The notes: generated from the sequence alone by a model not told the origin. A DNA stretch of 64,000 nt from Polyangiaceae bacterium (GCA_035063585.1 JAPSGB010000011.1:64001-128000), one strand, 5' to 3'. Positions 52,181-62,747 are shown, numbered from the stretch's first letter. Numbers and translations: made by a program.

Positions 52181-53392
52181 ATGCTCGCCTACGACGAGCT
52201 TCGCGCCCTGCTCGCCGCCGAGCGGTTGCCCGCCGCGCTGGTCGATCTCGACGCCTTCGATCGGAACCTCGAGGTGGTGCGCGAGGTGGTCGGCACGCGC
52301 GGCACGCCGGTGCGCGTCGCGAGCAAATCGCTCCGGGTGGTCGCGCTCCTCGACCGCCTCCTCGACCGCGGCCGCGGGCTCATCCGGGGCGTGATGTGTT
52401 TCACCGCCGAGGAGGCCGAGCACCTCGCGCGCCACGGCTTCGACGACTTGCTGGTCGCGTACCCGACCGCGCGCGAGGGCGCGCTCGCGGCGCTCGCTCG
52501 CCTCGCGGAGGCTGGCGTCACCGCTCGCGTCGCGGTCGACTCGCTCGAGGGCGCTCGGCTCGTCTCGCGCGCGGGAGAGGCGCGCGGGGTGCGGGTGCCC
52601 GCGGTGGTCTGCGTCGACATGAGCCTCGAGCTCGCCGGCGGGCGGGTGCACCTCGGGGTGCGCCGCTCGCCGCTCCGCGAGCCGGGCGAAGTGGTGGCGC
52701 TCGCGCGCGCGCTCGAGCTGAGCCCCGGTGCGCGCTTCGCCGGGCTGCTCGGCTACGAGGCGCAGCTCGCGGGTCTCGCCGACGCGAACCCGGCGGAGCC
52801 GCTGGCGCGGCGCGCGAAGCGCCTCATGAAGTATGTGTCGCGCGGTGACGTCGCGCGCCGCCGGGTGCGATTGGTCGAGGCGCTCCGCGCGGCGGGCCTC
52901 GAGCCCGCCCTCGTGAACGGCGGCGGCTCGGGCTCGCTCGACTCGACCACGCCCGAGAGCGGCGTCACCGAGGTCGCGGTCGGCTCGGCCTTCCTGAAGC
53001 CGCACCTCTTCGACCACTACGCTGCGGCCTACCTGAAGCGGCTCGAGCCCGCGGCCGGCTTCGCGGTGGAGGTGAGCCGCGTGCCGGCGCCCGGCGTGGT
53101 GACGTGCCTCGGCGGCGGCTACCCCGCGAGCGGCGCGGCCGGCGCGGATCGGCTCCCGCTCCCGTGGCTCCCGCCGGGGCTCCGGCTGCTCCCGATGGAA
53201 GGCGCGGGCGAGGTGCAGACGCCGCTTCGAGTGCCGCCCGGCGTCCGGCTCGAGCTCGGCGAGCCGGTGATGTTCCGTCACGCGAAGGCGGGTGAGCTCG
53301 CCGAGCGCTTCAACGAGGTGCTGCTCGTCGCGGGCGGCCGCGTGGTCGGTCGCGCGAAGACCTACCGCGGCGAGGGCTGCGCGTTTCTCTGA
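52181..53392 (+). CDS. Fold-type III PLP enzyme (D-threonine aldolase/deaminase-like)
   Basis: PAALVDLDAF, RVASKSLR, LVAYP, GYEAQ, NGGGSGS, FRHAKAGE. Confidence 0.85.
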   Translation: MLAYDELRALLAAERLPAALVDLDAFDRNLEVVREVVGTRGTPVRVASKSLRVVALLDRLLDRGRGLIRGVMCFTAEEAEHLARHGFDDLLVAYPTAREGALAALARLAEAGVTARVAVDSLEGARLVSRAGEARGVRVPAVVCVDMSLELAGGRVHLGVRRSPLREPGEVVALARALELSPGARFAGLLGYEAQLAGLADANPAEPLARRAKRLMKYVSRGDVARRRVRLVEALRAAGLEPALVNGGGSGSLDSTTPESGVTEVAVGSAFLKPHLFDHYAAAYLKRLEPAAGFAVEVSRVPAPGVVTCLGGGYPASGAAGADRLPLPWLPPGLRLLPMEGAGEVQTPLRVPPGVRLELGEPVMFRHAKAGELAERFNEVLLVAGGRVVGRAKTYRGEGCAFL

Positions 53393-53496
53393 GCCGGGGG
53401 AGCGTTCTCGCGAGGAAGCGCGGATTCATTGCTGGCTGCGTGCGGCCGGGCCCGCGGCTGGGCAGCGCCCGCGCGCCGGGGTATCCTCGGGGACCC

Positions 53497-53598
53497 ATGA
53501 AGCAGACGGAGCGTCGGATGGCGGCGCGCGCGCTCCCGGCCGGCGCGCTCGGCGTGCCGGCGACGGAGGCTCGGCGCTCGTTCGGCGGGGGGCACTGA
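53497..53598 (+). pseudogene. Internally deleted relic of the TPR-PEGA gene (33 codons)
   Basis: Upstream DNA, 5' end (MKQTERRMAAR vs MNEMEHRATAR) and 3' end (RSFGGGH* vs LSLGGRY*) align with 54435-55478. Confidence 0.65.
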
Positions 53599-53601
53599 CG
53601 C

Positions 53602-54363
53602 ATGCTCCGGCGTTTCTCCGTGCTCGCGATGGCCGGCTGGCTCGGCGCGTGCTCGCTCATCGCGGGGCTCGACGAAGACTACCGCGGTCCGGGCACGGCG
53701 GCGTCCGGCGGCGCGTCGAGCGGCGGCGGCGCGGGCACCGGCGGCGGCGCGGGCAGCGGCGGCAACGGCCCGGGCGGCGCGCCGGGCACGGGAGGAACCA
53801 GCGGCGCGTCGGGCACGGGAGGAACGAGCGGCGCGTCGGGCACCGGCGGAGCGGGCGGTCAGGACGCCGGCAGCGGCGGCGGCGCGGGCAGCGGCGGCAA
53901 CGGCCCGGGCGGCGCGTCGGGCACCGGAGGAACGGGCGGCGCGTCGGGCACCGGAGGAACGGGCGGCGCGTCGGGCACCGGAGGAACGGGCGGCGCGTCG
54001 GGCACCGGAGGAACGGGCGGCGCTGGCGGTGCGCTGAACGAGTGGGTCAACGACGTTGGAAAGCTATGTCGTTCGGACGAGGACTGTAGTCTGAGCGGCA
54101 TCCCGGGAGGGACGTGCGACGGTTCGAAGCGCTGCACGAGGCCATGCAACGATCACGACGACTGCGGATGTCCGAGCGGTACCACCGATGACGACCTCCG
54201 CGTCGGTTACTGCGTGGCAGCGTGCGTCGGTCCGCGGAGTGGCTCGGCGGGCTGGTGCCGTCGCGTTTGCGCCGATCCTGAACGACCTTGCTTGCCCGTG
54301 GATCAATGCACGAAGTACGACCTCGGCGGCTATGGATTTTGCTCTCCGAGACCGCCGCCGTGA
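53602..54363 (+). CDS. Lipoprotein with Gly-rich repeat stalk and 14-Cys domain (paralogue A)
   Basis: WLGACSLIAGLDEDYRGPG; GGASGTGGT repeats; Cys-rich C-terminus. Confidence 0.8.
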   Translation: MLRRFSVLAMAGWLGACSLIAGLDEDYRGPGTAASGGASSGGGAGTGGGAGSGGNGPGGAPGTGGTSGASGTGGTSGASGTGGAGGQDAGSGGGAGSGGNGPGGASGTGGTGGASGTGGTGGASGTGGTGGASGTGGTGGAGGALNEWVNDVGKLCRSDEDCSLSGIPGGTCDGSKRCTRPCNDHDDCGCPSGTTDDDLRVGYCVAACVGPRSGSAGWCRRVCADPERPCLPVDQCTKYDLGGYGFCSPRPPP

Positions 54364-54434
54364 GCGCTCGCGAGCCGCGCCGCCGCGCGCTCGGCTAGGC
54401 AGCGGCCGCGCGGACGGGGTATCCTCTGCGACCA

Positions 54435-55478
54435 ATGAATGAGATGGAGCATCGGGCGACGGCGCGAGGCGCGCGCGTGGTGAGGCGGTGGTGCGGCGGG
54501 CTCGCGCTCTGCGGGCTCCTCTTCGCGGCGCCGGTGGCGAGCGCGCAGGGCGAGAGCGCGCGGGTGCTCTTCGAGCGCGGGCTCGCCGCCTTCGAGCGCG
54601 GCGAGACGGCGGCGGCGTGTCAGCTCTTCGAGAAGAGCTACGCGCTCGATGGCGCGAGCGGCACTCTTTATAACCTGGCGTTCTGCCACCAAAGAGCCGG
54701 CCTTCACTGGCAGGCGCGGGGTGAGTTCTTGAAGCTCGCGGCGCAGATGGACCGCGAGCAGAAGCCCGACAAGGCCAGGCTCGCCCGCGAGGGCGCGGCC
54801 GAGGCCGAGCGGCACGTGCCGAAGCTCACGCTCGTGATGCCCTCGCCGAACGACGCCGCGTGGATCGAGCTCGACGGCGAGGCGCTCGACGAGGCCGGGT
54901 GGTCGCGACCCATCCCGGTCGCGCCGGGAACGCACCTCATCACGGTCGGGGCGGACGGCTTCGACACCGCCAGCCTCACCGTCGTCGCTCGAGGCGGGGG
55001 CGAGCTCGTCCGGGTGAACATCCCGCTGCTCGTTCGCACGGCCGGCGGGCCCTCGCCGGAGCGCGAGGCGGGTGGGGGGGCCCCGCGCCCACCTGCGGCC
55101 GACGCCTCCGCCGGCTGGACGACGCGCAAGACGACCGGCGCGGTGGTCGGCGGGCTCGGCGTCGTGGCGGTCGGGGTCGGGGCGGTCTTCGGGCTCGACG
55201 CGATCTCCAAGAAGAGTAGCGCGGACGACCAGTGCGGCGGCTCGAGCGGTCGCTGCTCGTCCGACGCTGGCGCGCTCGCCGCTCAGGATCGACTCCGTGA
55301 GGCCCAGGGCTCGGCGCTCGTGAGCACCGTCGCGGTGGGCGGCGGCCTCATCGCCGCGGTGATCGGCGGCTACCTCTTCTTCGGCGCGAGCGACGAGGCG
55401 CCGCCGTCGGCCGGAGTGCGCCTGGCGCCCGTGGTCGGCCTCGGCGGCGCGGGGCTCTCGCTCGGTGGGAGGTACTGA
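54435..55478 (+). CDS. Secreted TPR plus PEGA-like domain protein with hydrophobic C-terminus
   Basis: Signal peptide, TPR (LFERG..LYNLA), IELDG..PVAPGTHLITV..GF, two hydrophobic helices, terminal GLSLGGRY. Confidence 0.8.
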   Translation: MNEMEHRATARGARVVRRWCGGLALCGLLFAAPVASAQGESARVLFERGLAAFERGETAAACQLFEKSYALDGASGTLYNLAFCHQRAGLHWQARGEFLKLAAQMDREQKPDKARLAREGAAEAERHVPKLTLVMPSPNDAAWIELDGEALDEAGWSRPIPVAPGTHLITVGADGFDTASLTVVARGGGELVRVNIPLLVRTAGGPSPEREAGGGAPRPPAADASAGWTTRKTTGAVVGGLGVVAVGVGAVFGLDAISKKSSADDQCGGSSGRCSSDAGALAAQDRLREAQGSALVSTVAVGGGLIAAVIGGYLFFGASDEAPPSAGVRLAPVVGLGGAGLSLGGRY

Positions 55479-55482
55479 GAGC

Positions 55483-56223
55483 GTGCTCCGGCGCTTCGCG
55501 GCGGGCGCGGCCGCCTGCTGGCTCGGCGCGTGCTCGCTCATCGCGGGGCTCGACGAAGACTACCGCGGACCGGGCGCGGCTTCGTCCGGTGGCGCGGCGA
55601 GCGGCGCGGCGGGCGGCCGTGACGCGGGCGGCGGCGCGGCGAGCGGTGCGTCCGGCACCGGCGGGGCGGGCGGTCACGACGCCGGCACCGGCGGGACGAG
55701 CGGCCACGACGCCGGCACCGGCGGCGGCGCGGGCACCGGCGGCGGCGCGAGCGGCAGCGGCGGCGCGGGCACCGGCGGCGGCGCGGGCACCGGCGGCGGC
55801 GCGGGCACCGGCGGCGCGAGCGGCAGCGGCGGCGCGAGCGGCAGCGGCGGCGCGAGCGGCAGCGGCGGCACGAGCGGCAGCGGCGGCGCGAGCGGCAGCG
55901 GCGGCGGGTCGACGCGATGGGACGACGCGATTGGCAAGATATGCTCGACGCACGAGGGGTGCTGGGGGACGTTCGGAATCCCCGACGGATATTGCGACGG
56001 TTTCTTCCGGTGCACGAAGGAGTGCACGACCCACGCCGACTGCGGGTGCCCGAGTGGCACTACGGATCAAGACATTAGAGACGGTCGATGCGCCGCGGCC
56101 TGCCTTGACGCTGACGGCGCCACCACGCACCGCTGCCGCCGGGTTTGCGATGCCAACCGAGCCTGTTCCGGCGCGGACCTCTGCGCGATGTCGCCCGGCG
56201 GTTACGAATATTGTACTCAGTAG
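55483..56223 (+). CDS. Lipoprotein with Gly-rich repeat stalk and 14-Cys domain (paralogue B)
   Basis: Same N-terminal [31 protein letters not shown] repeats; 14 Cys match paralogue A. Confidence 0.8.
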   Translation: MLRRFAAGAAACWLGACSLIAGLDEDYRGPGAASSGGAASGAAGGRDAGGGAASGASGTGGAGGHDAGTGGTSGHDAGTGGGAGTGGGASGSGGAGTGGGAGTGGGAGTGGASGSGGASGSGGASGSGGTSGSGGASGSGGGSTRWDDAIGKICSTHEGCWGTFGIPDGYCDGFFRCTKECTTHADCGCPSGTTDQDIRDGRCAAACLDADGATTHRCRRVCDANRACSGADLCAMSPGGYEYCTQ

Positions 56224-56235
56224 CCGCCTGCGCGC

Positions 56236-57597
56236 TCACCCGCCGCGGCGCGCCGCCAGCTCTTTCTCGGCGACCGCTCCGGCGATGAGCACGGGATCGT
56301 ACACGGGCGCGAAGGGCGGCGCGTAGGCGAGATCGAGCCAGGCGAGCGCGTCGACGGTGAGCTTCGCGGTGAGCGCCATCGCGAGCACGTTGACGCGGCC
56401 GGGCACACCTTCGCGCGCGACCTGCTGCGCGCCGAGCAGGCGCCCCGTCCGGCCGTCGACGGTGAGCACCGTGTGCGCGGGCGAGCCGCCCGGATAGGAG
56501 CCGGCGCGGGTCGGCTGCTTCGACTCCGAGCGGAAGGCGTCGAACCCGAGTCTTCGCGCCTCCTCGACCCCGAGCCCCGTCCGGCCGACCTCGAGGCCGA
56601 ACACCTTGAACGCGGACGTCCCGACCACGCCGGGGAACCGCTGGTCGCCGCCGACCGCGCCCGCGCCCGCGAGCTTCCCCTGCTTGTTGGCGGTGGTGCC
56701 GAGCGGGATCCAGGCCGGGCGCTCGCTCACGAGGTGCCACGCCTCGGCGCAGTCGCCGGCCGCGAAGATGTCCGGCAGGTTGGTGCGGAGCCGGTCGTCG
56801 GTCGCGATGGCGCCGGTCGCGCCGAGCGCGATCCCCGCCTCGCGCGCGAGCGCGACGTTCGGGCGCACGCCGACCGCGACGAGCGCGACGTCCGCCTCGA
56901 CCGCGCCCGCGCCCGTGAGCACGCGGAGCGTGCCGCCGGCGCGCTCGAAGCCCGTCACCGCGACGCTCGTCAGCACCTGGACGCCGCCGCGCTCGAGCTC
57001 CTCGCGGACGAGCCTGGCGAGCCCGCCGTCGAAGCCGGTCGCGACCGTCTCCTGCCGCTCGATGAGCGTCACCTCGAAGCCCCGCGCGCGGAGCACCTCG
57101 CACATCTCGAGGCCGATGTACCCACCGCCGATGACCGCCACGCGCTTTACGCCGGGCGCGGCGAGCGCGCGCTTCAGCGCCTGCCCGTCGGTGAGCTCGC
57201 GCAGCGTGAAGATCCCGTCGAGCTCGGCGCCGGGCACGGGGAGGCGCACCGCGGAGGCGCCGGTCGCGATGATCAGGCGCTCATAGCCGAGGCTCGAGCG
57301 CGCGCCCGAGTCGAGCGCCTCCACCTCGACGCGCTTCGCGCCGGCGTCGATGGCGACCGCGGCGTGCCCGAGCCGCACGTCGATACGCCGCTCGGTCCGA
57401 AACCGCTCGGCGGAGATGGCGATCAAATCCTCCATCATACGCGCCGGATCCTCGATGTTGTACGGCGTCCCGCAAGCGCCGTACGAGACGTACGGCCCGC
57501 GCTCGAGCACGACGACCTCGGCGTCCGGGCTCCGCCGCTTGGCCTGGCTCGCCGCGCTCATGCCGGCGGCGACTCCTCCGATGACGACCACGCGCAT
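56236..57597 (-). CDS. CoA-disulfide reductase / NADH oxidase family flavoprotein
   Basis: GGVAAG, SYGACG, GGGYIGLE, AAGDC, DLAYAPPF. Confidence 0.92.
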   Translation of the reverse strand: MRVVVIGGVAAGMSAASQAKRRSPDAEVVVLERGPYVSYGACGTPYNIEDPARMMEDLIAISAERFRTERRIDVRLGHAAVAIDAGAKRVEVEALDSGARSSLGYERLIIATGASAVRLPVPGAELDGIFTLRELTDGQALKRALAAPGVKRVAVIGGGYIGLEMCEVLRARGFEVTLIERQETVATGFDGGLARLVREELERGGVQVLTSVAVTGFERAGGTLRVLTGAGAVEADVALVAVGVRPNVALAREAGIALGATGAIATDDRLRTNLPDIFAAGDCAEAWHLVSERPAWIPLGTTANKQGKLAGAGAVGGDQRFPGVVGTSAFKVFGLEVGRTGLGVEEARRLGFDAFRSESKQPTRAGSYPGGSPAHTVLTVDGRTGRLLGAQQVAREGVPGRVNVLAMALTAKLTVDALAWLDLAYAPPFAPVYDPVLIAGAVAEKELAARRGG

Positions 57598-57663
57598 GCT
57601 GACGATCTCCTGGGGCCCGCGCCGGGCTCGGGTGAGCCCAGGCCGGAGCTGGGAAGGAGGTTG

Positions 57664-57736
<73 letters not shown>

Positions 57737-57898
57737 GAGATTTTGTGGGTGTCGGCCCGGCGCGGAACCCCGCGCGGGGCGAGAGCTTTTAGCTCACCCT
57801 CCGCCCCCCGTGCAAGCCCGTGGTGACCGACCGGGCGCGGGGACCGCCCGCCGGCGAAGCGCCACCGCGCCCCCGCCGAGCCAGGGTAGAGTCGGCGG

Positions 57899-58978
57899 GT
57901 GGTCAGTCTCTCGCCGCTCGGCCTCGCGAACCCCTACGCCGCGCCGCAGTTTCTCCAGCAGCTCCTCTCCAAGGCGATCTCGTCGGGCGCGCGCGATCTC
58001 CACCTGAAGGTCGGGCAGCCGCCCGGCGCGCGCGTGCGCGACGATCTCATCTACTTCCGCATCGACAAGCTGCGCCCCGAGGACACCGAGCTCATCGCGC
58101 GGCAGGTCATCTCCGAGCCGGCGGTGCTCGACCGGCTCCGAGAGCTCGAGGAGTACGACACCTCGTACGCCGTGAGCGGGCTCGGGCGGTTCCGCGTGAA
58201 CGTCTACCGGCAACGCGGGACGCTCGCGATCGTGATGCGGATCATCCCGCACGACATCCCGAGCTTCGAGTCGCTCGGGACGCCGCCGGCGTGCCGCGAG
58301 CTCGCCGAGCGCGACCGCGGCCTCGTACTCTGCGTGGGCGCGGCGGGCAACGGCAAGAGCAGCACGCTCGCGGCCATGGTGAACCACATGAACCACACCA
58401 TGTCGCGCCACATCATCACCATCGAGGATCCGATCGAGTACCTCCACGCCGATGATCGCTGCTCCATCAGCCAGCGCGAAATCGGCCACGACACCAAGAG
58501 CTTCGCTTCGGCGCTCCGGGCCGCGCTCCGCCAGGATCCGGACGTCATCCAGCTCGGCGAGATCCGGGACGCCGAGAGCATGGACAGCGCGCTGAAGGCC
58601 GCCGAGACGGGACACCTGGTGCTCTCGACGCTCCACACGCCGGACGTCGCGCGCACCATGAACCGCATCATCGCGCTCGCCGAGGGCGACGCCGATGAGG
58701 TGCGCGAGCGGCTCGGCGACGCCTTTCAGGGGGTCGTCGCCCAGCGGCTGCTGCCGCGCGCGGACGGAAACGGCATGGTGCTCGCGGCCGAGGTGCTGGT
58801 CGCGAGCGGCTCGGTCCGCGAATCGATCAAGCGCCCGCTCGGCAACCCGTCGCTGAAGGAGCTGATGGACGGCGGCGCGCACCCCTACGGCATGCAGACC
58901 TTCGAGACGGCCGTAAAGCAGCTGGTCCGCGAGGGCCTGGTCGATCGCGACACCGCCCGCTCCGCCATGGGGTTTTGA
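57899..58978 (+). CDS. pilT: PilT/PilU-family type IV pilus ATPase paralogue
   Basis: [39 protein letters not shown]. Confidence 0.88.
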   Translation: MVSLSPLGLANPYAAPQFLQQLLSKAISSGARDLHLKVGQPPGARVRDDLIYFRIDKLRPEDTELIARQVISEPAVLDRLRELEEYDTSYAVSGLGRFRVNVYRQRGTLAIVMRIIPHDIPSFESLGTPPACRELAERDRGLVLCVGAAGNGKSSTLAAMVNHMNHTMSRHIITIEDPIEYLHADDRCSISQREIGHDTKSFASALRAALRQDPDVIQLGEIRDAESMDSALKAAETGHLVLSTLHTPDVARTMNRIIALAEGDADEVRERLGDAFQGVVAQRLLPRADGNGMVLAAEVLVASGSVRESIKRPLGNPSLKELMDGGAHPYGMQTFETAVKQLVREGLVDRDTARSAMGF

Positions 58979-59039
58979 CTTCCTCGACCCGGGCGAGCCG
59001 CGCATCGCGCCGCCGCCCGCTCCGCCATGGGGTTTTGAC
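58953..59039 (+). repeat. 27-bp direct duplication of the pilT 3' end
   Basis: CCGCCCGCTCCGCCATGGGGTTTTGAC at 58953-58979 and 59013-59039. Confidence 0.85.
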
Positions 59040-59150
59040 GGCGCGGCCGGCGGCGCGTTCGAGCGCCCCGGTCCGCGGGGAGCGGGCGCGCCTCGGGGAG
59101 CGGCGCGCGCGCCGCGCGCCGCGCGCGCGGATCTGCTATGGACGGGGCCG

Positions 59151-60107
59151 ATGTCCGACCTCCGTCATGACTGGGCGCTCGCCGAGGTGCGAGCTATTCA
59201 CGATCTCCCGCTGTTCGAGCTCATCGATCGAGCGCGCGCGGTTCACGTCCGTCATCACGACACCCAGCACGTCCAGCTCTGCACGCTCGTGAGCGTGAAG
59301 ACGGGTGGCTGCCCGGAGGATTGCGCGTACTGCCCGCAGTCGAGCCGGAACCACACGAGCGTGAAGCCGGAGGCGATGATGACCGTCGACGAGGTGCTCA
59401 CGGCAGCCCGGCGCGCGAAGGACAACGGCGCGACGCGCTTCTGCATGGGCGCCGCCTGGCGCGGCGTGAAGGCTGGCCCGGCCTTCGAGAAGGTGCTCGA
59501 GATGGTGCGCGGCGTGCGCGCGCTCGACCTCGAGGCCTGCGTCACGCTCGGAAAGCTCGAGCCCGAGCAGGCCCTGGAGCTCAAGGAAGCGGGGCTCTCC
59601 GCCTACAACCACAACCTCGACACCTCGCGGGAGTTCTACGAGCAGATCATCACCACGCGCACCTTCGACGATCGGCTCTCGACGATTCGTAACGTGCGCG
59701 CGGCCGGGATCACGGTGTGCTCGGGCGGCATCATCGGGATGGGCGAGAGCATCGACGACCGCTGCAACATGCTCATCGAGCTGGCCCAGCTCGACCCGCA
59801 CCCGGAGAGCGTGCCCATCAACGCGCTCGTCCGCGTCGAGGGGACCCCGCTCGCGGCGCTGCCGCCCATCGATCCGCTCGAGTTGGTTCGGATGATCGCG
59901 ACCGCGCGCTCCATCATGCCGCGCTCCAAGGTGCGGCTGAGCGCGGGGCGCACCGAGCTGCCGCGCGAGGCGCAGCTCCTCTGCCTCTACGCGGGCGCCA
60001 ACAGCATCTTCTACGGTGACAAGCTGCTCACCACGCCGAACCCCGGCCGCGACACCGACCAGGAGCTCATCCGGGACGCGGGGCTCGCGCCGCTGCCGCC
60101 GGCCTGA
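59151..60107 (+). CDS. bioB: Biotin synthase
   Basis: [47 protein letters not shown]. Confidence 0.98.
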   Translation: MSDLRHDWALAEVRAIHDLPLFELIDRARAVHVRHHDTQHVQLCTLVSVKTGGCPEDCAYCPQSSRNHTSVKPEAMMTVDEVLTAARRAKDNGATRFCMGAAWRGVKAGPAFEKVLEMVRGVRALDLEACVTLGKLEPEQALELKEAGLSAYNHNLDTSREFYEQIITTRTFDDRLSTIRNVRAAGITVCSGGIIGMGESIDDRCNMLIELAQLDPHPESVPINALVRVEGTPLAALPPIDPLELVRMIATARSIMPRSKVRLSAGRTELPREAQLLCLYAGANSIFYGDKLLTTPNPGRDTDQELIRDAGLAPLPPA

Positions 60108-60157
60108 GCCGGCGGCGAGCCCGGGCGGCTCGGCGGGCAGCGCCGCACCGCGCGGGG

Positions 60158-61291
60158 TCAGCGCCGGACGTTCGGCAGGAGCTGGTAGACGGTCACCGCG
60201 TCGGCGAACACCTCGACCTCCTGTTCCATGAAGAGGACCGGCTCGGCGTCGCTCTCGGAGATTCGGCCCCAGAACTGGAGCTTGTACTTGTGCGCGGCCG
60301 TCGCGGCGTCCGTGTTCGGGGGCACGTTGATGACCACCCCGAGCGACTGCTTCGGGTGCGAGAAGGTGCACTTCGGCTGGGGCACGTCCGCGTCCGAGTA
60401 GATGTAGCGGGCGTCGGTGTCGCAGTTGCCGGCCGGCAGCGGCTTGCCGGTGTCACCGTCCACCAGCACGAAGCGCGCCCCGCGGAGATCGTCGTCGTCG
60501 CAGTCGCGAATGGGCGCGGCCACGATGCCGTAGCCGGCCGGCGGCGTCCAACCCGGGGTCGTGCCCGGGTAGGCGTTGGCCACCGCGGTCGCGAGCGTCG
60601 CGTAGTCCGACGGACGGATGGTGGTCCCCTCGATGCGGCGCGGCGGCGCGAACATCCGATCGCCGAAGCCGTAGAACTCCTTGGCTACGTTGGGCTTGGC
60701 GTGGACGTGATACGCGATGACGGACGCGGCCGGCGTCGGGAAGAAGAGCTCCCCGTCGTTCAGCTCGGCCGGGCCGCCGCTCTCCGGGCCCTTGGTGGTC
60801 CCCGAGGCGAAGGGCGTCTGCCCGTAGATGTGGTCGCCCTCGTAGAGATCGACGTCGAGGTCCGGCACCGCGTTGCCCGTGAGGAAGTCCTTCACGACGA
60901 AGATCCGCTGCGGCCCACCGGCCGCGCCGGCCGCGCCGCTTCCGGCCGCGCCACCGGCGCCGCTTCCGGCCGCGCCACCGGCGCCACCGGCGCCGGTGAT
61001 GCAGGACCAATCCGGCGCCACCTGCTGGCCGCTCTTCGTCACCGTCAACACCGGCAGGGTGGTGTCGCAGCAGAGCGAGTCGGCGCCGAGCGCGCATTTC
61101 CCGGGGAACTCCGCGGAGACCGGGCCGCAGGTGCCGCCGCTGGTGCCCCCCGTCGAGGAGCCGCCGCCGGTCGCGCCGGAGCCGCCCGTGCCGCCCTTCG
61201 GCGAGTCATCGTCGCCGCCCGAGCAGGCGACGACCCCCGCGGCCATCGCGCCGACCAAGACCAAACCCAAGAGACGAAGCGGACGCTGCAC
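60158..61291 (-). CDS. Hypothetical lipoprotein with Gly-rich linkers
   Basis: Lipobox VVAC, Gly/Ala repeats, beta-rich C-terminal region, typical GC3 codon use. Confidence 0.75.
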   Translation of the reverse strand: MQRPLRLLGLVLVGAMAAGVVACSGGDDDSPKGGTGGSGATGGGSSTGGTSGGTCGPVSAEFPGKCALGADSLCCDTTLPVLTVTKSGQQVAPDWSCITGAGGAGGAAGSGAGGAAGSGAAGAAGGPQRIFVVKDFLTGNAVPDLDVDLYEGDHIYGQTPFASGTTKGPESGGPAELNDGELFFPTPAASVIAYHVHAKPNVAKEFYGFGDRMFAPPRRIEGTTIRPSDYATLATAVANAYPGTTPGWTPPAGYGIVAAPIRDCDDDDLRGARFVLVDGDTGKPLPAGNCDTDARYIYSDADVPQPKCTFSHPKQSLGVVINVPPNTDAATAAHKYKLQFWGRISESDAEPVLFMEQEVEVFADAVTVYQLLPNVRR

Positions 61292-61613
61292 GGAGGCTCT
61301 CCTTCATGTTCACGCACGAAGCGCGAAGGCGACCTTTACCGCACCCGCTCCGCCGGTTCCAGCGGCTCGCGCCGGCCGCAGCGGAGGGCGGCGCCGAGCG
61401 CGCGGGCGGCATTCCGCGGCGGGCGAGCGACGGTACGCTCGCGGAGCGCGGGGGGCGGCCGTCGCTCGCCGCGTCCGATGGCAGCGCCCGCGAGGTCCCT
61501 TCGCCCGGCTTCCCTCCGGCCGTTCGAGCGCTCCCCTTCGCGACCGCGCGCGGGCGAGAGGGAGGGGAGGGTGCCGGCGCGGCCGGCGTCGGATCACGGA
61601 GAGCATCTGACGG

Positions 61614-62747
61614 GCGCCGTGCGCCGTCGCGGGCCGTCGCGGGCGCCGTGCGCCGTCGCGGGCCGTCGCGGGCCGTCGCGGGCGCTGAACGCGTCGCGAA
61701 TCGTCGTTGTCTCGGTCACAACGCGGTTTCGTGACGCGTGCCCGCGCCGTCCGAGCGCTCCGCGCGCCGTCGCGGGCCGTCGCGCGTCGTCGCGGGCCGT
61801 CGCGCGCGCTGAACGCGTCGCGGATCGCCGTTGTCTCCGTCACAACCCCGTTTCGCGACGCGTGCCGGGCCGTCGCGCGCGCTGAACGCGTCGCGAATCG
61901 CCGTTGTCTCGGTCACAACCCCGTTTCGCGACGCGTGCCCGCAGCGTCCAAGCGCTCCGCGCGCCGTCGCGCGCCGTCGCGGGCGCCGAACGCGTCGCGA
62001 ATCGCCGTTGTCTCGGTCACAACCCCGTTTCGTGACGCGTACCGGGCCGTCGCGCGCGCCGAACGCATCGCGAATCGCCGTTGTCTCCGTCACAACGCGG
62101 TTTCGTGACGCGTGCCGGGCCGTCGCGCGCGCTGAACGCGTCGCGAATCGTCGTTGTCTCGGTCACAACGCGGTTTCGTGACGCGTGCCCGCGGCGTCCA
62201 AGCGCTCCGCGCGCCGTCGCGCGCCGTCGCGCGCGCCGAACGCGTCGCGAATCGCCGTTGTCTCGGTCACAACCCCGTTTCGTGACGCGTACCGGGCCGT
62301 CGCGCGCGCTGAACGCGTCGCGAATCGCCGTTGTCTCGGTCACAACCCCGTTTCGCGATGCGTGCCCGCGGCGTCCAAGCGCTCCGCGCGCCGTCGCGCG
62401 CCGTCGCGCGCCGTCGCGCGCCGTCGCGCGCCGTCGCGCGCGCTGAACGCGTCGCGAATCGCCGTTGTCTCGGTCACAACCCCGTTTCGCGACGCGTGCC
62501 CGCGGCGTCCAAGCGCTCCGCGCGCCGTCGCGCGCCGTCGCGGGCGCCGAACGCGTCGCGAATCGCCGTTGTCTCGGTCACAACCCCGTTTCGCGACGCG
62601 TGCCGGGCCGTCGCGGGCGCCGAACGCGTCGCGAATCGCCGTTGTCTCGGTCACAACCCCGTTTCGTGACGCGTACCGGGCCGTCGCGCGCGCCGAACGC
62701 GTCGCGAATCGCCGTTGTCTCCGTCACAACCCCGTTTCGTGACGCGC
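61614..62747. repeat. Non-coding array of 12 palindromic 51-bp cores with 10-bp sub-repeat linkers
   Basis: Core ACGCGTCGCGAA-N27-TTCG(C/T)GACGCGT; periods 124, 73, 104, 73, 73, 104, 73, 134, 104, 73, 73; CCGTCGCG(C/G)G decamers in the linkers. Confidence 0.95.

Noticed and set aside
61614..62747. CRISPR array or integron attC cassette array
   Set aside because: The linkers are themselves repeated rather than unique spacers. There are no cas genes or integrase, and no proper RYYYAAC/GTTRRRY boxes.
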